This document shows positions 10,412 to 25,350 of a stretch of 64,000 nt of DNA, piece after piece. The notes under the pieces were generated by a model, which was not told where the DNA came from, made no database searches, and saw only the letters and a list, made by a program, of their open reading frames with translations. Source of the DNA: Lingula anatina (Eukaryota; Animalia; Brachiopoda); the NCBI GenBank assembly GCA_051362555.1, contig CM120647.1:16530651-16594650 (forward strand). The letters are read 5' to 3'. The position numbers and the translations under genes were made by a program. Position 1 is the stretch's first letter. The number at the start of each line of letters is the position of its first letter.

Positions 10412-13141
10412 GTGAGTAGCTATGAAAAGATAATATCACATCTACAGAGAGTTGCTCGGTGTGTGTTGTCTCCAAGATGGCCACGTCTGTTTATTGTCAG
10501 TATTTAATTCTCATCCAGCGGGCTGGTCGATATTGATGATAATGTTTCTACATTCTGTTGAGGTTTTACTTTCAACAAAGAGGTGGTATTCATTGGGAGA
10601 GAAATTAAAGTCAGTTGCTGAAAAGAAACATTTTTCTAAATAGGCATGCTTGCAGCGTTTTGGAGGTATAAATTATGCAGAATTCATTCCCCGCCTAGCT
10701 GATTATGCAGTTGGCGCAGCTGTCTTGGTCGCGGTTATAGTCAAGCGTAACACCAAGCATCATGGCACAATAAGAGCTACATTTCTATACGTATTGAGTC
10801 ATCATTATCGGGTTCAGTTTGATTTGAACAGGACGTCCTGGTCTAGCAGGGGTGGGAAGAGGATTTCAAGTTGATAACGACTCCCAATTTTAAAAGCCGA
10901 TATCTCGCTATTGTCTATGGGCAGAGATGAGCAGAATTTGTTCTCACTCTGTAAAATGATAGCACGCCGCGGCTGCTGAGTCTGTAACGTTTTTATCTCA
11001 TCTCTATTACTTGTACATACATATTTAAAAAAAAAAAAGGGGAAACAAAGAAATTACGTCATAGTATTCCCTCGTGCACAGTCCAGCAGACACGAGCCCT
11101 GTTCGCCTGCTGATCTCTCCAAGGACGGATTGTTCGATGAATCAGTGGCGGCCTGACTGTGGGTGGGCGTGGCTTTGTCTGGCTTGGAGATCACGCGTCT
11201 CACGCGCTTCGTGCGCCTCGTCCTTGGTTTTAGAGTAGATTTTCTTTTTCTTCTGGATTTACGTCAAATATTTGCAGTGATAAAGATAACTCTGATAATG
11301 ATGATTTTGTACTAGGAAACGGAAAATAGACTCGTTAGGATGGATGAAGCGGTATTATTAGTGCTATTTATGCTGGCCTGTATTTATTTTAGTGAACACT
11401 GTTGCCTCAGGGACTGATTCAATATGGCAGTCTATGTCGGTGTGTGGACGGGGCCACTTCTTAAAAAAAGGACGCACGTGTAACGTTATCAAACAGTCGT
11501 AAATTACGTACTGACATAATGTACTGAAAAAAGCGAAGGCGGCACGTTTTTTTTTTTTTTTTTTTTTTTTTTCTTCGATAATCAAGACCAGGAAAGAAAG
11601 CCTCATTGTGTTGACATTACACTGTTTGCTAGGCAGCAACCTGCAGTTGTAGTGCTATTTATGCTGCAGTATACCGCGGAATTTTTATGACGGCTGCGAC
11701 CCCGATTTACGATGTTTAAAAAGTTATCTCGATGGTCGCCTGCGCTTGAGGTGATGATTTTTCACCAGTAAACTCGACGTGTGTTTGAATTAAGTCTAGT
11801 ACATTCAGCCACATGCTTTTAACTTAATAGAAACGCAAACACAGTGTTTGTACTAATCACACTGACTAATAACAGTAATCGCTGACACGAACGATATTAA
11901 TGTGGCCGCCATTAAAGTTAACGTATTTGAGTCAAGTTGTCCTTCTATGCATTTCATGTCTTAAAATTCGCATCTCACTATCAATTTACTGGCCTTGTTT
12001 TATGACTGAAATCATAAATTGCATTTTGATTTTGCATTCTGCTCAACCACTCCTTGAAAAAACTGAAGATATTTTGTCTAGTCGGTCATCAGAGATTTAC
12101 TTGGGGAGAGGAAGGGGAAGGGGTGGACCTTGTCATTTCATTTCTTCAATCAAAAAAAATTCACGGAGTCGCAAATTCTTGTCATTGTCCGCCCCATCCT
12201 GCAAGACCACTTCGCACATTCACATTATTTAAAAATATACACATTTGATGGCTAAAATCACAAACGTTTTGCATCGATTTGATGGCTTTTTATGAGGCGC
12301 CTACCGTCCCCCCCCTCCTGCACTTGACTGCCAAGCACCCATTAATGTTATGAATATATATTACCACGATATATGTTCTAGTAATGTACGCTTTTACCAC
12401 CCATCCTATTACATATACAGTAAGTCATTGACAAGGCACCCTCCTTGCCCCATTGAACTGTTAATTAAGGTTACGCATGCTCGCCCATAGACATCTTGCT
12501 TGGTTCAGAGGAAGCACTTGTTCGTACAGGAAAACGCCCATAGGCGAGAGCTTTTTTATCGACTGTAAAAATGACTGAGCATTACCAATAGCATAATATC
12601 GTGAATCATACACGTCTGGCGTCGTCATATGGTATAACGGCGTGCACAGAATATTGCTCTCTCGTAAATCGGTATGGTGTTATTCATAGCTGTGTGATGC
12701 TATTGAATCAAGTTCCATGTTTAAATATGAGGTTTTATTTTTATGCAAATGGCTGTTACATTATTTGTCATGTTGACCTTGAGTGCACCCTGGGTGTCAG
12801 ATGGGTGAAATGTGAAATAAAAGGCACACTGGAGTAGACGTATGGGCTACCGTCAGTTCTCACACATTCAGGGTGATGGAGAGCGTTTATCGATTTTGAC
12901 GGCGTTCCAAAAGAACCATTTCAAAATTTGGGTAGAAAATCAACAAAACATACATTTGTGGCCCTGGTGAGCTTAAGACTTTTTTCCAATATTGTGCTGA
13001 TGCGCTGGAGTCCCCCCCCCCCCTCCCCCTGTTCAAATTATCTTTGTCTGAACGCAAATGTAGAGCATAGTGTACTGTAAAGGAATGGCGGCGCGTGCGA
13101 TGGACGTCTGCTGAGGGCCGAACATTTTTGCGACTCGGCTT

Positions 13142-13416
13142 CAGGCCCACCCAACTACCAGACTCGGCACATAAGGATCCTGAATTAACCGGTATATCGG
13201 AACACACTACCCGTTTTCAAGGTGTGTGTCAGATCGCATTTCAGAGTATCATACCCCAGAACAATTTTTGTAGGACGACCGCGACTCATCCTGTCGGTGT
13301 TCTGACTGATACTCCGAAATGCGATCTGACACACACCTTGAAAATGGTTAGTGTGGTCCGATATACTGGTTAATTCAGGAGCCTTATGTGCCGAGTCTGG
13401 TAGTTGGGTGGGCCTG
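13142..13416. mobile_element. Fold-back MITE with ~110-bp inverted arms
   Basis: CAGGCCCACCCAACTACCAGACTCGGCACATAAGG... mirrored by ...CCTTATGTGCCGAGTCTGGTAGTTGGGTGGGCCTG; flanks GGCTT/AGCTT resemble a 5-bp TSD. Confidence 0.85.
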
Positions 13417-16400
13417 AGCTTATTTCGAATGTGTGCACTTGACCAAGAAACAATTATTGCATGATGGAAATATTGCTCTTCACTGCCCGCAATTAATGTA
13501 AAATCTCATTACAATTGGCCAGAAAACCAGTCTTATATTACTTGATAATATATTCTATTGTCATTGAGATAACTGTTCATCCTCTTGCATCTTAAGTGTG
13601 AATAGATTTTCATCCATTTGCGTCTTACGTGTAAATTGACATCATATTTCTATAACATTACAATTATGATGTGAACGGCGTTATTTCACGGAGTGTAATC
13701 TTCTATTCTTGGTCTTTAATTTAATTCCTCTTATATATCTTCTGACAATGTGACCAAATGCATCTGCATTCCTTGCAAGTCAAGTGATTCGCTTCGCTAA
13801 TTGTGAAAAGGCGCGAGCACTCACGCGCTCATATTGGCAATACATTGCCCCTTATATTCCATCAGACGCAATAAGCCATAATAATATATCCTCGACAAAG
13901 ACGCCGCCGTTTTCTCGCAGGGCGATGAATCACGACCGACCACAGGCAGAGGATTGAGTCACAGGTTTTCCTTAGCCTGCCTTGTGCGCAAACAGCTCAT
14001 CGCGGGAGATCGCCATTAAGATAATGTAAATGTCGTCTGCTTGAGATGAGATTTATACGTAATCGCTGCAAAACAGGTAAAGGGTGGCCGGATGATTGAA
14101 AGTAACATGAAAATGAACGCAAAAGATTTGGCAAGCCGTGTAGAAAGTGTAAAGACTTTATTTGTTGTGGAGACAGGTAGAAAGTGTTATTATGGTCGCA
14201 GCTGCAATGGCAGGGTGGAATACGTTATTGAAGAACCGCTCTACTAGGTAATACGTATTTTATTGATAAGTAACAATTTTAATGAACTTCTTTGAATTTT
14301 AAATGCAGTAGCACGGGTTTTAGTCTCTCATAACCCTTAGCAGGGTGGGTTTTATTTATTTAAAACGTGAGACGTTAATAAAATTATTATTATTATTATT
14401 ATTACTAGGTAATACAATTTGAAAAAGAAGCGCTTACTTAATACAAAAGGAAAAAATCAAATAGTCGAAAGAGACAGTTCATTTGCGCTATTTATTGATT
14501 AAAATGAATACTCGTCCAGCTGTAATATTTATGTTTTAACAACTTGTCCGTTTGAGGACTTATTGGGATATAATGGTGGGAATAGAACGCCGAAGAAGAG
14601 AGGGAAGGGTGTCGCGTTCACAAAGTTACCTATGTAATTAATCAATTGATGGGTGTGGGGTGATTAAGATCGACAGAGGCGTAACGCTGCCGATAGTGGT
14701 AATGCATCACTTGAGAAAAATATAGGGGGGTAGAGAAAGGCTGGCGTACAAACCTTCCACCGGGCAATTAATCAATTTCAAGAAGATAGAATAACAAGAA
14801 CTGGGGAATAGATAACTATCTTTCGATCGTATCTTTGCTAGTAAAGCATGCAATAGTCTTTTTCTTGTCAGATTTTACCATCTTTGCTGTAGTGGCCAAC
14901 AGCGATGTCATGTTCGGCCAACTTCGGGTTATTTTGTATCCAAGCAACAGATTGGTTTCGAGTTACGGAAGTTGTTGAGAAGGTTTCCTATGGCGCAGTG
15001 AAGTATATGAAAAGAGGATTAATGCGAGCGCGTCTTGTTGTAAATAGGCTTTTATCATTTTGTTAATAAATGCAAATAAGAAATGATAACAATATTGAAA
15101 TAGGTAAAAATAAATCAAAAAGTGAATTACGTGTGATATATGAGGGTCCAAATAGGAAACCGCAATATACTATATTAAATCACAAAAGTGTGTCTAAAGG
15201 GAAATGAGTGAGACATAAAATGCATTGGTTTTAACAAACAGGTTCTAGTTTCATCCTCAAGGACACGCTTGATTGTTCTTCTCTAGTTGTGGCTTCCCCA
15301 TCTGTCTGCCAGCAATTTGCAACTGTCAGTTTTCAGCGCAATTAACATTGTTTTCAGACTATATTCGGTCGAAAGTTGAAGAAGACACAAACACATGTCA
15401 TCTTATCTATTAGTCGACGAACTCAGCTGCTCTTGCTTTCCTTTTCAGTTACTGAGAAAAACTGAGTTATTTAAAAAAAGTTCTAATTCCGGATTCCTTA
15501 AAAGGAAACGTGCAACGATACTGCAGCGCATGGTCTTCTCAAAATGCCAAAAGATCATATCGGAACGCTGCGGTTTAACACATAACAGACAGCTAAGACA
15601 GCTACAGCGGACTATCCCAGCTTCACATGGCGTAACCTGATAACATTTCAAATTCCGACAAAAAAGAAAATTAAGCCCTTCATGGCTCTTTTAAGGATGT
15701 ACATGTACCCAGAATTGATAAGTTGTCAGATAAAAGAGAGAATTGACCCCCCCCCTCCCTCCGACATAATTTATTACGGTTAACCAACATCACAGATAAT
15801 TGCTCCTCCAAATCAAGGTTTAACACTCTCTACGCCATCTTCTCCCACAAATTATTTTCAGCATACAGCGTATCGTTAAAATTTGACAAGATAAAATGCT
15901 TTTATTAGATGCAAACAATACATTCTGAACGCGTTGTTGATAGTTGTATCATAAATTTAAACACCATACTTATCAGCCCGACGCGAGCGCCCTGGATAAT
16001 TTAGATATGTAACGCGTTTAACAATAACCACTAGAAATAAGTGATAAGCTAAAATTAACCGTACTTTAGTGACATCCATATGGTACACGAAATTTACTGC
16101 GGTGATTAGATAACAAGTGTGGAATAGTCGCTAGAAAAAATTTCCGGCAGGTGGCATTGCAGGAAGAGCCTCGTTTTCGGGAACAATTGCCCAAGAAGTC
16201 AAAGCACGAATCCTTTGCCATGGTGATACGTTCTTGGCCATAACCATGGTGACGTGGGGCACAAAAAGCTGATTTCTACTGTAAATACTTTCTGTTTGCC
16301 TTGGCAATGAAGCAAAGTCGTATAAATAGACGCTGAGTGCTTTTTGGTGAGAGTTTGTAGCTTTGAAATACATTCACGATTCTTCATGCACACGCAGGTC

Positions 16401-17112
16401 AACGCGAACAAGAGCAGGGTTTTTTGTCACACGTATGAAAACGCGCATAAAACGTCATACTTTCAGGCATTTTGTCCACTAAATGGTACATAGGTTTTTT
16501 GTAACAACAACTTAAAGCACACACGTAGACAGAGACACCGCCCTCCTCTCTCTCTCTTTCTCTCTCTCTCTTTCTCTCTGTGTTAGCCTTTGTTGGAGAG
16601 CCTAACTAAACCTAAATAGACCTATGCTGTAGCAGACATCGTCGATAAATCAATAACTTTTAACACATATGTTTCACACCAAACTCCCTGACGTATTTTA
16701 TTGCTATTTCGCCACTGAAAACAATATAGACTCGTATATTCAACAGCCGTGAGCTTATTCCAAATGTCTTTGCTTTCCTTTCAAGGCAAAATCAGTGGGG
16801 GTTGTGTGGTGGATTTTCATGCATTTTCCAAAAGTAAATTAAAAAAGAAAAGATATCAAGCGATAAATTCACGGAAGCAGAAGATAACTCATTGTTTACA
16901 CTGCCAATAGAATTAGTTTCATCACATCAGTTGTCATGTGTTTTCATTAGAGCGAAGAAGCATGCGAGAATTTCCCTTACAGCCTTATTGCTTTATTACC
17001 GAAGTCCAGTGTGAGTCGGCTTCTTCACTGTCACATGTTAAAGTTTCTGTTATCATTGTGTCACGCAAAACCACAGAAAAGAAACCCAGACAACCAGAAT
17101 CTCATAGTTATG

Positions 17113-17280
17113 CAGGGGCGGACTGAGAGACATTTCTTACAGCCTTCTAAATTATCTTTGTTGATCCATCCTCCATTTTTGATCATCTTTCGACAGAAAA
17201 AAACTAGATATCCGTCAATGTAATCTCAAAAATCTGACTGTCTTCTGGAAGACCAAAAAGACGGCCTCAATCCGCTCGTT
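17113..17280. mobile_element. CAGGGGCGGAT-TIR MITE (hAT-like termini)
   Basis: Begins CAGGGGCGGAC, ends ATCCGCTCGTT; aligns in reverse to 27365-27531; TTATG on both flanks. Confidence 0.8.
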
Positions 17281-17514
17281 TTATGTGAGACACTTTCATG
17301 TGTAATTTTCGAAGATTCTCCGATTATTGGGTGGCATAACCGAGTCGATTCGCCAACTAAGTATCCGTCAATGTAATCTCAAAAATCTGACTGTCTTCTG
17401 GAAGACCAAAAAGACGGCCTCAATCCGCTCGTTTTATGTGAGACACTTTCATGTGTAATTTTCGAAGATTCTCCGATTATTGGGTGGCATAACCGAGTCG
17501 ATTCGCCAACTAAG
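17209..17514 (+). repeat. Perfect 153-bp tandem duplication
   Basis: 17209-17361 is repeated at 17362-17514 with no difference seen. Confidence 0.92.
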
Positions 17515-17742
17515 TGGGCGTTGGAACATACTTGTGAAAGCTCTATATTAATATGCCTAGGCCTGCTTGTGCAATATGCTGTGATGCAAATTATACAAAT
17601 TCCTACATGAAGAGGCGAGCCAGCAGGTCGCACCACAGATTTCATGTTGAAATATGTCATCACGGGATCATAAATGAGGTTTTTCTATAATCTTCACGTC
17701 GTTGTATATAGACCAGTCGCAGTAGGGTAAAAATCAATGTAA

Positions 17743-17917
17743 GGCTCCATTCAGAATAGGGGACTAACTAGTCCGAGGATCAAATATGGCGACCCACTAC
17801 AAAGCTTGTCGTCTAATCCGCTAAAAGGCCCTGAATAAATATCCCGTGGGGAAGTATTCAAGTGGGTCGGCCATATTTGATCCTCGGACTAGTTAGTCCA
17901 CTATTCTGAATGCGGCC
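17743..17917. mobile_element. Tourist/PIF-Harbinger-like MITE (GGC..CATTCAGAATAG family)
   Basis: ~55-bp TIRs, TAA/TAG flanks; further copies at 26297-26472, 35244-35418 and a decayed one near 55350-55520. Confidence 0.85.
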
Positions 17918-19125
17918 TAGGGCGGATTGACTCATTGCGTGCATTCTGAGAATGTCTTTTCTGAAATATAAAAAAGGGGGAAAATAAGATCCAATTATCG
18001 TAATTCGCATAAGGCAGACTCTTCTACTGTCGAAAATCAATCGTATGTATATTCTGGTACTTTACGTTGAGTTTTATCCAGCTGACTCAAATTTACATAC
18101 GTTTTGGTGTATTACAAACACAAATGAAAAAACTATCACCCAAGGTTAAGCTTGAAATGTTCTTAATTCTAACTTTTTGACCATAAATAAATGCATTACT
18201 AAGCAATTTATATATAGAGATGTAGACAAAATATTTAACCTTTTTGAATTTATCTTGTAATTTTACTGACATGATCGTAAGTCTGTTTTCTATCTCACGT
18301 TCAATGCCGTATTTTCCTTCTAATCCCTTTGACACACGAATGTGTTTTTGACAAACATCTCGCAGACATGCGAACAGATGCGAAGGAGATAAAGCCCTAT
18401 GATAATGATAGCGTATTAATATAAATCATAGTTATTTTTCGAGTGTGTATATTCTATTAATCATTTCGTTTTGAAATGGAATCTAGCAAATTGCATAACC
18501 GACATTTGAATGAAATAGTTGGGTACACTGAAGCATATTTGAATCGGTCAAACTGTCGCAGAGCATAGGGTCGAGGTCTAATTTTTGTTCGGAGCAACTT
18601 CTCTGGTCAAAAGATCGGATCTTTCGAGCCGACACCCCCCCCCCCCCAAACCCAGTCTACCCTGCCTTGGGGCCTTGACCAGTCGCTTGTATCACTCACA
18701 TCGGAATTTTCTTAACTAAGTGTGAGTGCGTCCCATCGCGACACAAAGGATCTCGTCACGTGCAGACGCGACCCAGACAGACATCGTCGTTAATTTATCT
18801 AGTTATGAATATGAATATGAGTGATACCCAGTTTAAGTGCAGACGCATCAATCTGCGCTGCTGCTGCCACGGCTTAATGAAAGGTGGATTACATGCACGC
18901 GCACGTGCATCAACCTCACCCGGGGTTCAAAAGGTCTCGGATACTGGTAACGATAGTAGCATGGGGATTAAATGGCGCGCGGTGGGTTTGGGGGACCTCT
19001 GAATCGCAGGGTGGTGGAGTGGGCCTTTGGTGAAACTCGTGTGAAAAATTAACGTGCAAACTCCCTTACCCAATAAAAGAAACATCGTTAGGAGTATTGT
19101 CCTGAGTTACTGGTTCAGGTGAAAA

Positions 19126-19160
<35 letters not shown>

Positions 19161-21960
19161 ATATTGAACAAAATACATAAAATAAATAAACCTGCCATTT
19201 GGGTAATGAATAAGTTCATCCAGCATGAACGAATATTTACTGAAGCGCCATTAGCCTATTAGAGGTGGTACAATGCTGAAAGTAGTGCTGAAGGATTTAA
19301 TTCCTGGGCTTTGAAAGCGTCGTAAACAGTATTGGTTTTTACCAGTCTCGTGCCGAGTTGTTCTAAGGAAAAAACAAAACCTTGAAACGCGTTTGGCTTA
19401 TGAATCATATTGTGCATTCATACTAAGCCTATTGTGGACCGACAGTCGGCCCTAAACTCGTTAGTAGTATATCTCTGTGATCTGAAGATTTCTTGTCTGG
19501 CAGATCTTGCTGGAAGATTACGCCGTTTCAGATACGAATGTAAATTTAGCGAGCGAATTGCTTATTCAGGCCAACTGTTACCTAACATAGGCTTAGCGAA
19601 CAATCCCCCATGTCGTTAAATGATGCAGCCGAGTTGACAGGGATAAGAAGTTCTTTGTTAGTCATGCTGTAATACTACTCGCTAAAAAGTTCACGACCCC
19701 ACTCTTGGCAAGGATAACGTTACGTAATGGCGCCACCTTTGTTAAAAAAATAATAATGCTGGGTCCACATGTATAATATAAATTATATGTGGGTCCATTG
19801 TTCAAATAAGTTTAAGACCAGCGAGAGGCTACCGTCTATAATAACTGATTGACTAATGATGTTATCAAGGTCGATGTTATTCCTAAGATTTAGCCGGTAT
19901 GAACGAGTCGTAATGCCTGCTATTTATGTCCGCATTCTGTTGTCAATTATTTCATGTCAACCCCCACTTTTTGCATCTCTTTTTATTGCGCTGTCATAAG
20001 TCAGGTTATTAATGTGAATGTACACCTTGGTAAGCACTTCTCAAACCAGTTAACGATTCGATTCCAGTTGAACTGTATTTATTTATTTATTTATAGTCCG
20101 TTAATCTGACTGACAACCTCCTAATCGTAGTACTTACACATTAAAAGATGCTGATAATACGACGAAGGCGACAGGCATACATGTATATCCTCGTCTGCTC
20201 CCCCAGAAAAACGACGCACCAAAAAGAAATGAATCAAAAAAAATGTCAAGGACGTCGTGACAGTTTCTTTATCGCCACTTTAAATCTCTTGTCAGTTTCG
20301 TAATCACCATTTTTATCTGGGGACTTTGTCCAAACAGGCATTTATATATCACTTATATCAATATATTTATTACTAATGTCTAATTTGCAATGGCTATCAG
20401 GTGGTGTGAATGTACCTGTGTTTTTCTTCCGTTTTCTCTTTGTATTGTTACAAGGAAACCTAGCCTCGCTCAAAACCTGTGGATTATGCAACTGACCGGT
20501 GACCGGTACATATCGCCCAAGGAATATTGAGCGCTTTTAGCAATTTCCACACCTGCGCAAAAAGAAAAAAGACACGAAAGAACTATTTTTGAATATCCGA
20601 CTATTTGTCTAGATATCTGCTTTGCAAAGGTGTCAAGGTATAATACAACTACGTATCTCGTTTCTGTATCTGTTTCGCTTTGTGCTGTATTTAACGTTAC
20701 TGCGCGTTACACAACGATCTCTAATCTTCCAAACTACCGAGTTGGATTTTCGTATTTGGTAACCCCTGAGACGTACAAGATTTATGACCGCTAAAGTTGT
20801 TATTTATGACTTTTTTTTTCATACTTTAAGACCGTCGTATATGTTATCCATAGAACTTTATTTATGGTTGCTGAGATTTTGACTAGGTTTCAGATTTAAA
20901 TAACGGTGACCTACAATTTATTGAGGAAGCACAACTTTTTTATTTTATTTTAAAAAATGCCTGCTATGTCTTATACAAGCGAATGAAACATGAAGTCGGC
21001 ACCAGGGTGCAGCACCGTCGTCCATGTGACCCTGAGACTTCATTCTCCTGAGTGATTTATTTTGTTATCGTATAAAGATTCTCCGCGCCGTATTGCCTGA
21101 GCAGATGTTTATGTCTGGCTGAGGTTTTTTCAATATGTTTTTACGTCTATCTCTCGAGAGGCATCATCTGTGGACTCAGCTGGGTGCGCTGAACTTTTTC
21201 GAAGATAAACAGCTGTTTGCGGAATAACTTTTGTTAATGTGAGATAAGCGTGCGGTTATATCATTATCCCAACCACTGCATCGAGGCTCGGGGACACGCC
21301 TCCAATCTGAGTTCTCCAAATCAGAGCCTCGTTAAAATCCTGTTGTTGGTAGTGTGTTAGTGTCATGACAAACCCCATGTCGAGGCTCTTACACGCCTTT
21401 CCAAAATACATATTTCTAGTTTAGACTCCTCGTAAAAGACTAGAAAGCCACTTATAGGCCTACTCTTTGACAAAATAAATTATGGTTTGAAGTTTGTGCA
21501 TGTATGGTATGACTCAACCTTACACTTGTGCTAGCTTAAAAACGTTTGATGTTAAATCCTGTGTACCACGTGATATTTTTTCAGGATAAATTTAGAACGC
21601 CGACAAAATAAAGCTCATAGGGTCTTTCAGCAGAAACGATTAAAACAAATATAATTTCCGTGCATTTTGTTTTGTTAGTTTATAAAAACAGACAGCAACT
21701 TCTGGCTGTTCTAACTTATTACCTTTACTCTTCTTATTGCGTCTGTCACCGCATTCTGACCTTATATTAATAATAAAAATAATGAAAAAAAGATAGATAG
21801 TGAAAGAAACTGGGTAATTGGCATTGCTCACAGCTGATTTTGTATTCCTGCTGACGGAGAATCATCTTTTTGAGGGAAGAGTTGAAGTGGGTTGGGGGGG
21901 GGGGGTTAAAAGTACTCTTATCTTTTAAGTTCTGCTCTGTTTGTCCTTCAAATGCCGTAA

Positions 21961-22478
<518 letters not shown>

Positions 22479-24853
22479 CAAGTTTGTGTTACTAAAGACA
22501 ATGGCAAAGGCGCTGTTTTATTGGCATTCTCATGAAACAATATCACAAACAATGGACCAAAATTCAGTGACCTTTAAAGCTTCAAGCTACAACGTGTTGG
22601 TCTCTTAGCAACATTCCTTTCGCTTCTAGACATTCTGTAACTTCTGGGAACGAAAAATGATCACTATGGAAACGTGATTCGTCACTAAGGAACCTAATGC
22701 TTTCATTCAATATGGGAACGTGATCTTACACAATGGAAACAACGACTGTCACCACGGAAACAAGCACTTTAAGGTTGAAAACGAGGCTTTCAAAAGGCCA
22801 AGGTTAATTCTGAGTGATTCAAATTCGAATCATTTCAGATAGTAGATTTTGTCATTCATTCAGAAATTTCCCTGACTGGTCGCGTTATTCAACATCCACG
22901 TGATGTGGTTTTATTCCACCAGTAAACACCCGTGTTGGTTAATTGAAAAACTGACTGCTCTTGTGAAGATATCTAGAACGGCTCTCTAATTTATCAGACG
23001 ACTTTGGATTTCCCGCAGTTTTGGAAACCAGTTTGTAAACCCCGAACCGAGACCACCGTGCAATGTATGCTTGTAGATCGCGAACAGTTGATATAGTTAT
23101 AGTAGTTTTTTGTTGTAGTATCGTTATTTACTTATTATGCAAATCTAACCACTGTGCTCAAGATTATACTTAGTGATGTGATCGTTTAAGTACTAAATCC
23201 ATGACCAATTTTGGAACCCATGAAATACTTATGAAAACCTGCCCGTTTTGAATTAATGTCCATCTTTGTTAATTTTTGTGAAGATCATGATGACTGAATA
23301 ATAGTTAAATGTCAGCCGTCACTAAATTGGTACTATTGAATGTTAATTCAGTTTTATTTTGAAACTCAGTTTGCTTTTGATGGCCAATTTATCCAGGAAA
23401 GAAATGTTTTTGTTATTTCTTTGCAACTGATTTACAGATTCTTCACTGTTTGAGAAACACCAATATGCGAGATTTGACATTCATTTTGTGACATTTTGAT
23501 AAATTTTGCATACAACTAAGTGTCCTTAAACAAAGTTGATATTAAGTTCTTGTTTATTTTGACGTAGATTAATGTAATGTTTGTTAAAAAAGTATTATAA
23601 CTATCATTGGATAAATATTGATATTTACTCTAAAGGAAGAGCCATGAATTCACTCTAACAACTTTCACGTAAATTCCAATTTTTGATTTAGGCGGTCTTA
23701 AGTTTTTTAATTGGCATAATTTACAGTGATATATATAATATATCAGGCAAAATAGCTGAAAGTCATTACTTGTGTAGAAATTATAACGGATTTACTTTTG
23801 ACTTCGATCACTTTCTGGCAGAGATTACACAGTTCGACGAATTGCAGGATGAAATAAAAAAAGTTTCGAAACTCGTACTTCCTTTTTGTGTGTCTTTTAT
23901 CAACTTTTTGGGAAAAATTGGGATATGAATGAACGTATGATATTGCAAGAGATACTATTCCCTACTCTTGGCATTTTCAATTTATACGCTTCTTGCAATC
24001 TGACTTGGATGTAATTCTAATAGAAGGGAATTTTTTACAAAACGGTCTTTATTCACTATTTATCAAAAAAAAAAAAAAAAAAAAAAAATAGCTGAGAAGT
24101 TTGAGCCGACTTCTAAGTATAGAAACAATTTCAATTAACCCTTAAGCAGTCTGTCTCACAAATTATTTGTATTTCCCCCGATTGTAACAATAGCCATTGA
24201 AAAAAGACGTGTTGACTTTATAAATAAAACGACTTTCAAGTAGCCAGTTAACCAGTTGTCGAAATGGAAGCTAAGCCGAAAAGCCTTCACATTTTTAAGG
24301 GACAGACCCAGCACTTACCTGGTGGCTTAAAGGGGATACAACGCGCATGTCCAGCAGGCATTACTTAAGAACTTTAAAAATTCTATATTATTTTCATTTT
24401 CACATTTATAGAAAATTCTTTCTGATCGAAAAATTACTGAAGCCGGCCAATCGGATCCCCAGTCAAAAATATACAAAGAAGAATTAGAAATAAGTAAAAT
24501 GTTACAGCACTCGTGGTCCCCAAAGGTAAAGAAATCTTGCAACAGAATTCTTGAGTAAAATTTGCAAGTCAAATTACAATACTAATTTTCTTAAAGAATG
24601 CACTTTGAACTGCGATCTCTTGCACACCATGAAAATACATCGGAGGAATTTTAATAGTGATTTTATATGCAGTGAAGGCTCATTTAACATCACAGAAATA
24701 ACCGTGTGTACGCGATTATATAAAAGTACAAGCGCTTCACAGTAATAGAAATCATGATAAAGAACATCACGCACAGAAGGGGCGCTCCTTTGCACTTAAA
24801 TCAATTAGTTATTTCGTGATAGTTATGGTCAAAAAACCGAATTTTAATGTTAA

Positions 24854-24856
<3 letters not shown>

Positions 24857-24922
<66 letters not shown>
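24857..24922. repeat. (AT)n microsatellite
   Basis: Pure dinucleotide run. Confidence 0.95.
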
Positions 24923-24925
<3 letters not shown>

Positions 24926-25140
24926 CAGGGGCGGATAGAGGCCGTCTTTTGGGTAAGAAGCTTTTCAGAAACGAAGCCCCTTTTAAATTGCCGACCACAT
25001 TCCTGGGGTTCCTCATGAATTTTCTATCAGATATGGCATTAAAAAGAACCAATAAACATGGGCAATTGCTCATGACTGTCTGACAATACCTGCCCTAAAT
25101 GCACGACCGGGTTTTCACCTGTATTTCACCGTGTGATTAA

Positions 25141-25350
25141 GGGTGCATTCCACATGGAACTATCGTTCTACTTTCATGTGCATTTCGTTTCGAGTGCCAC
25201 CGAACGCACACAACGAAGTTAATCACCCCCTAGCTGCTAGAGGAGGCGTGTCATCCAGTGAATCTGATTGCATTCAACGAGAGTCCCCGCGGAGTTGGAT
25301 CGATCTACGTACATTTATCGTAGACCGATTGTTTCATTGGGAACACCCCC
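25141..25350. mobile_element. Harbinger-like MITE related to 5266-5480 and 36026-36226
   Basis: TAA|GGGTGCATTCC...GGGAACACCCCC|TAA; shares GAGTCCCCGCGGAGTTGGATCGATCTA-type subterminal motif. Confidence 0.7.

Noticed and set aside
24062-24089. Poly(A) tail of a processed thymosin retrocopy
   Set aside because: The gene has introns; A/T homopolymers are common throughout the window.
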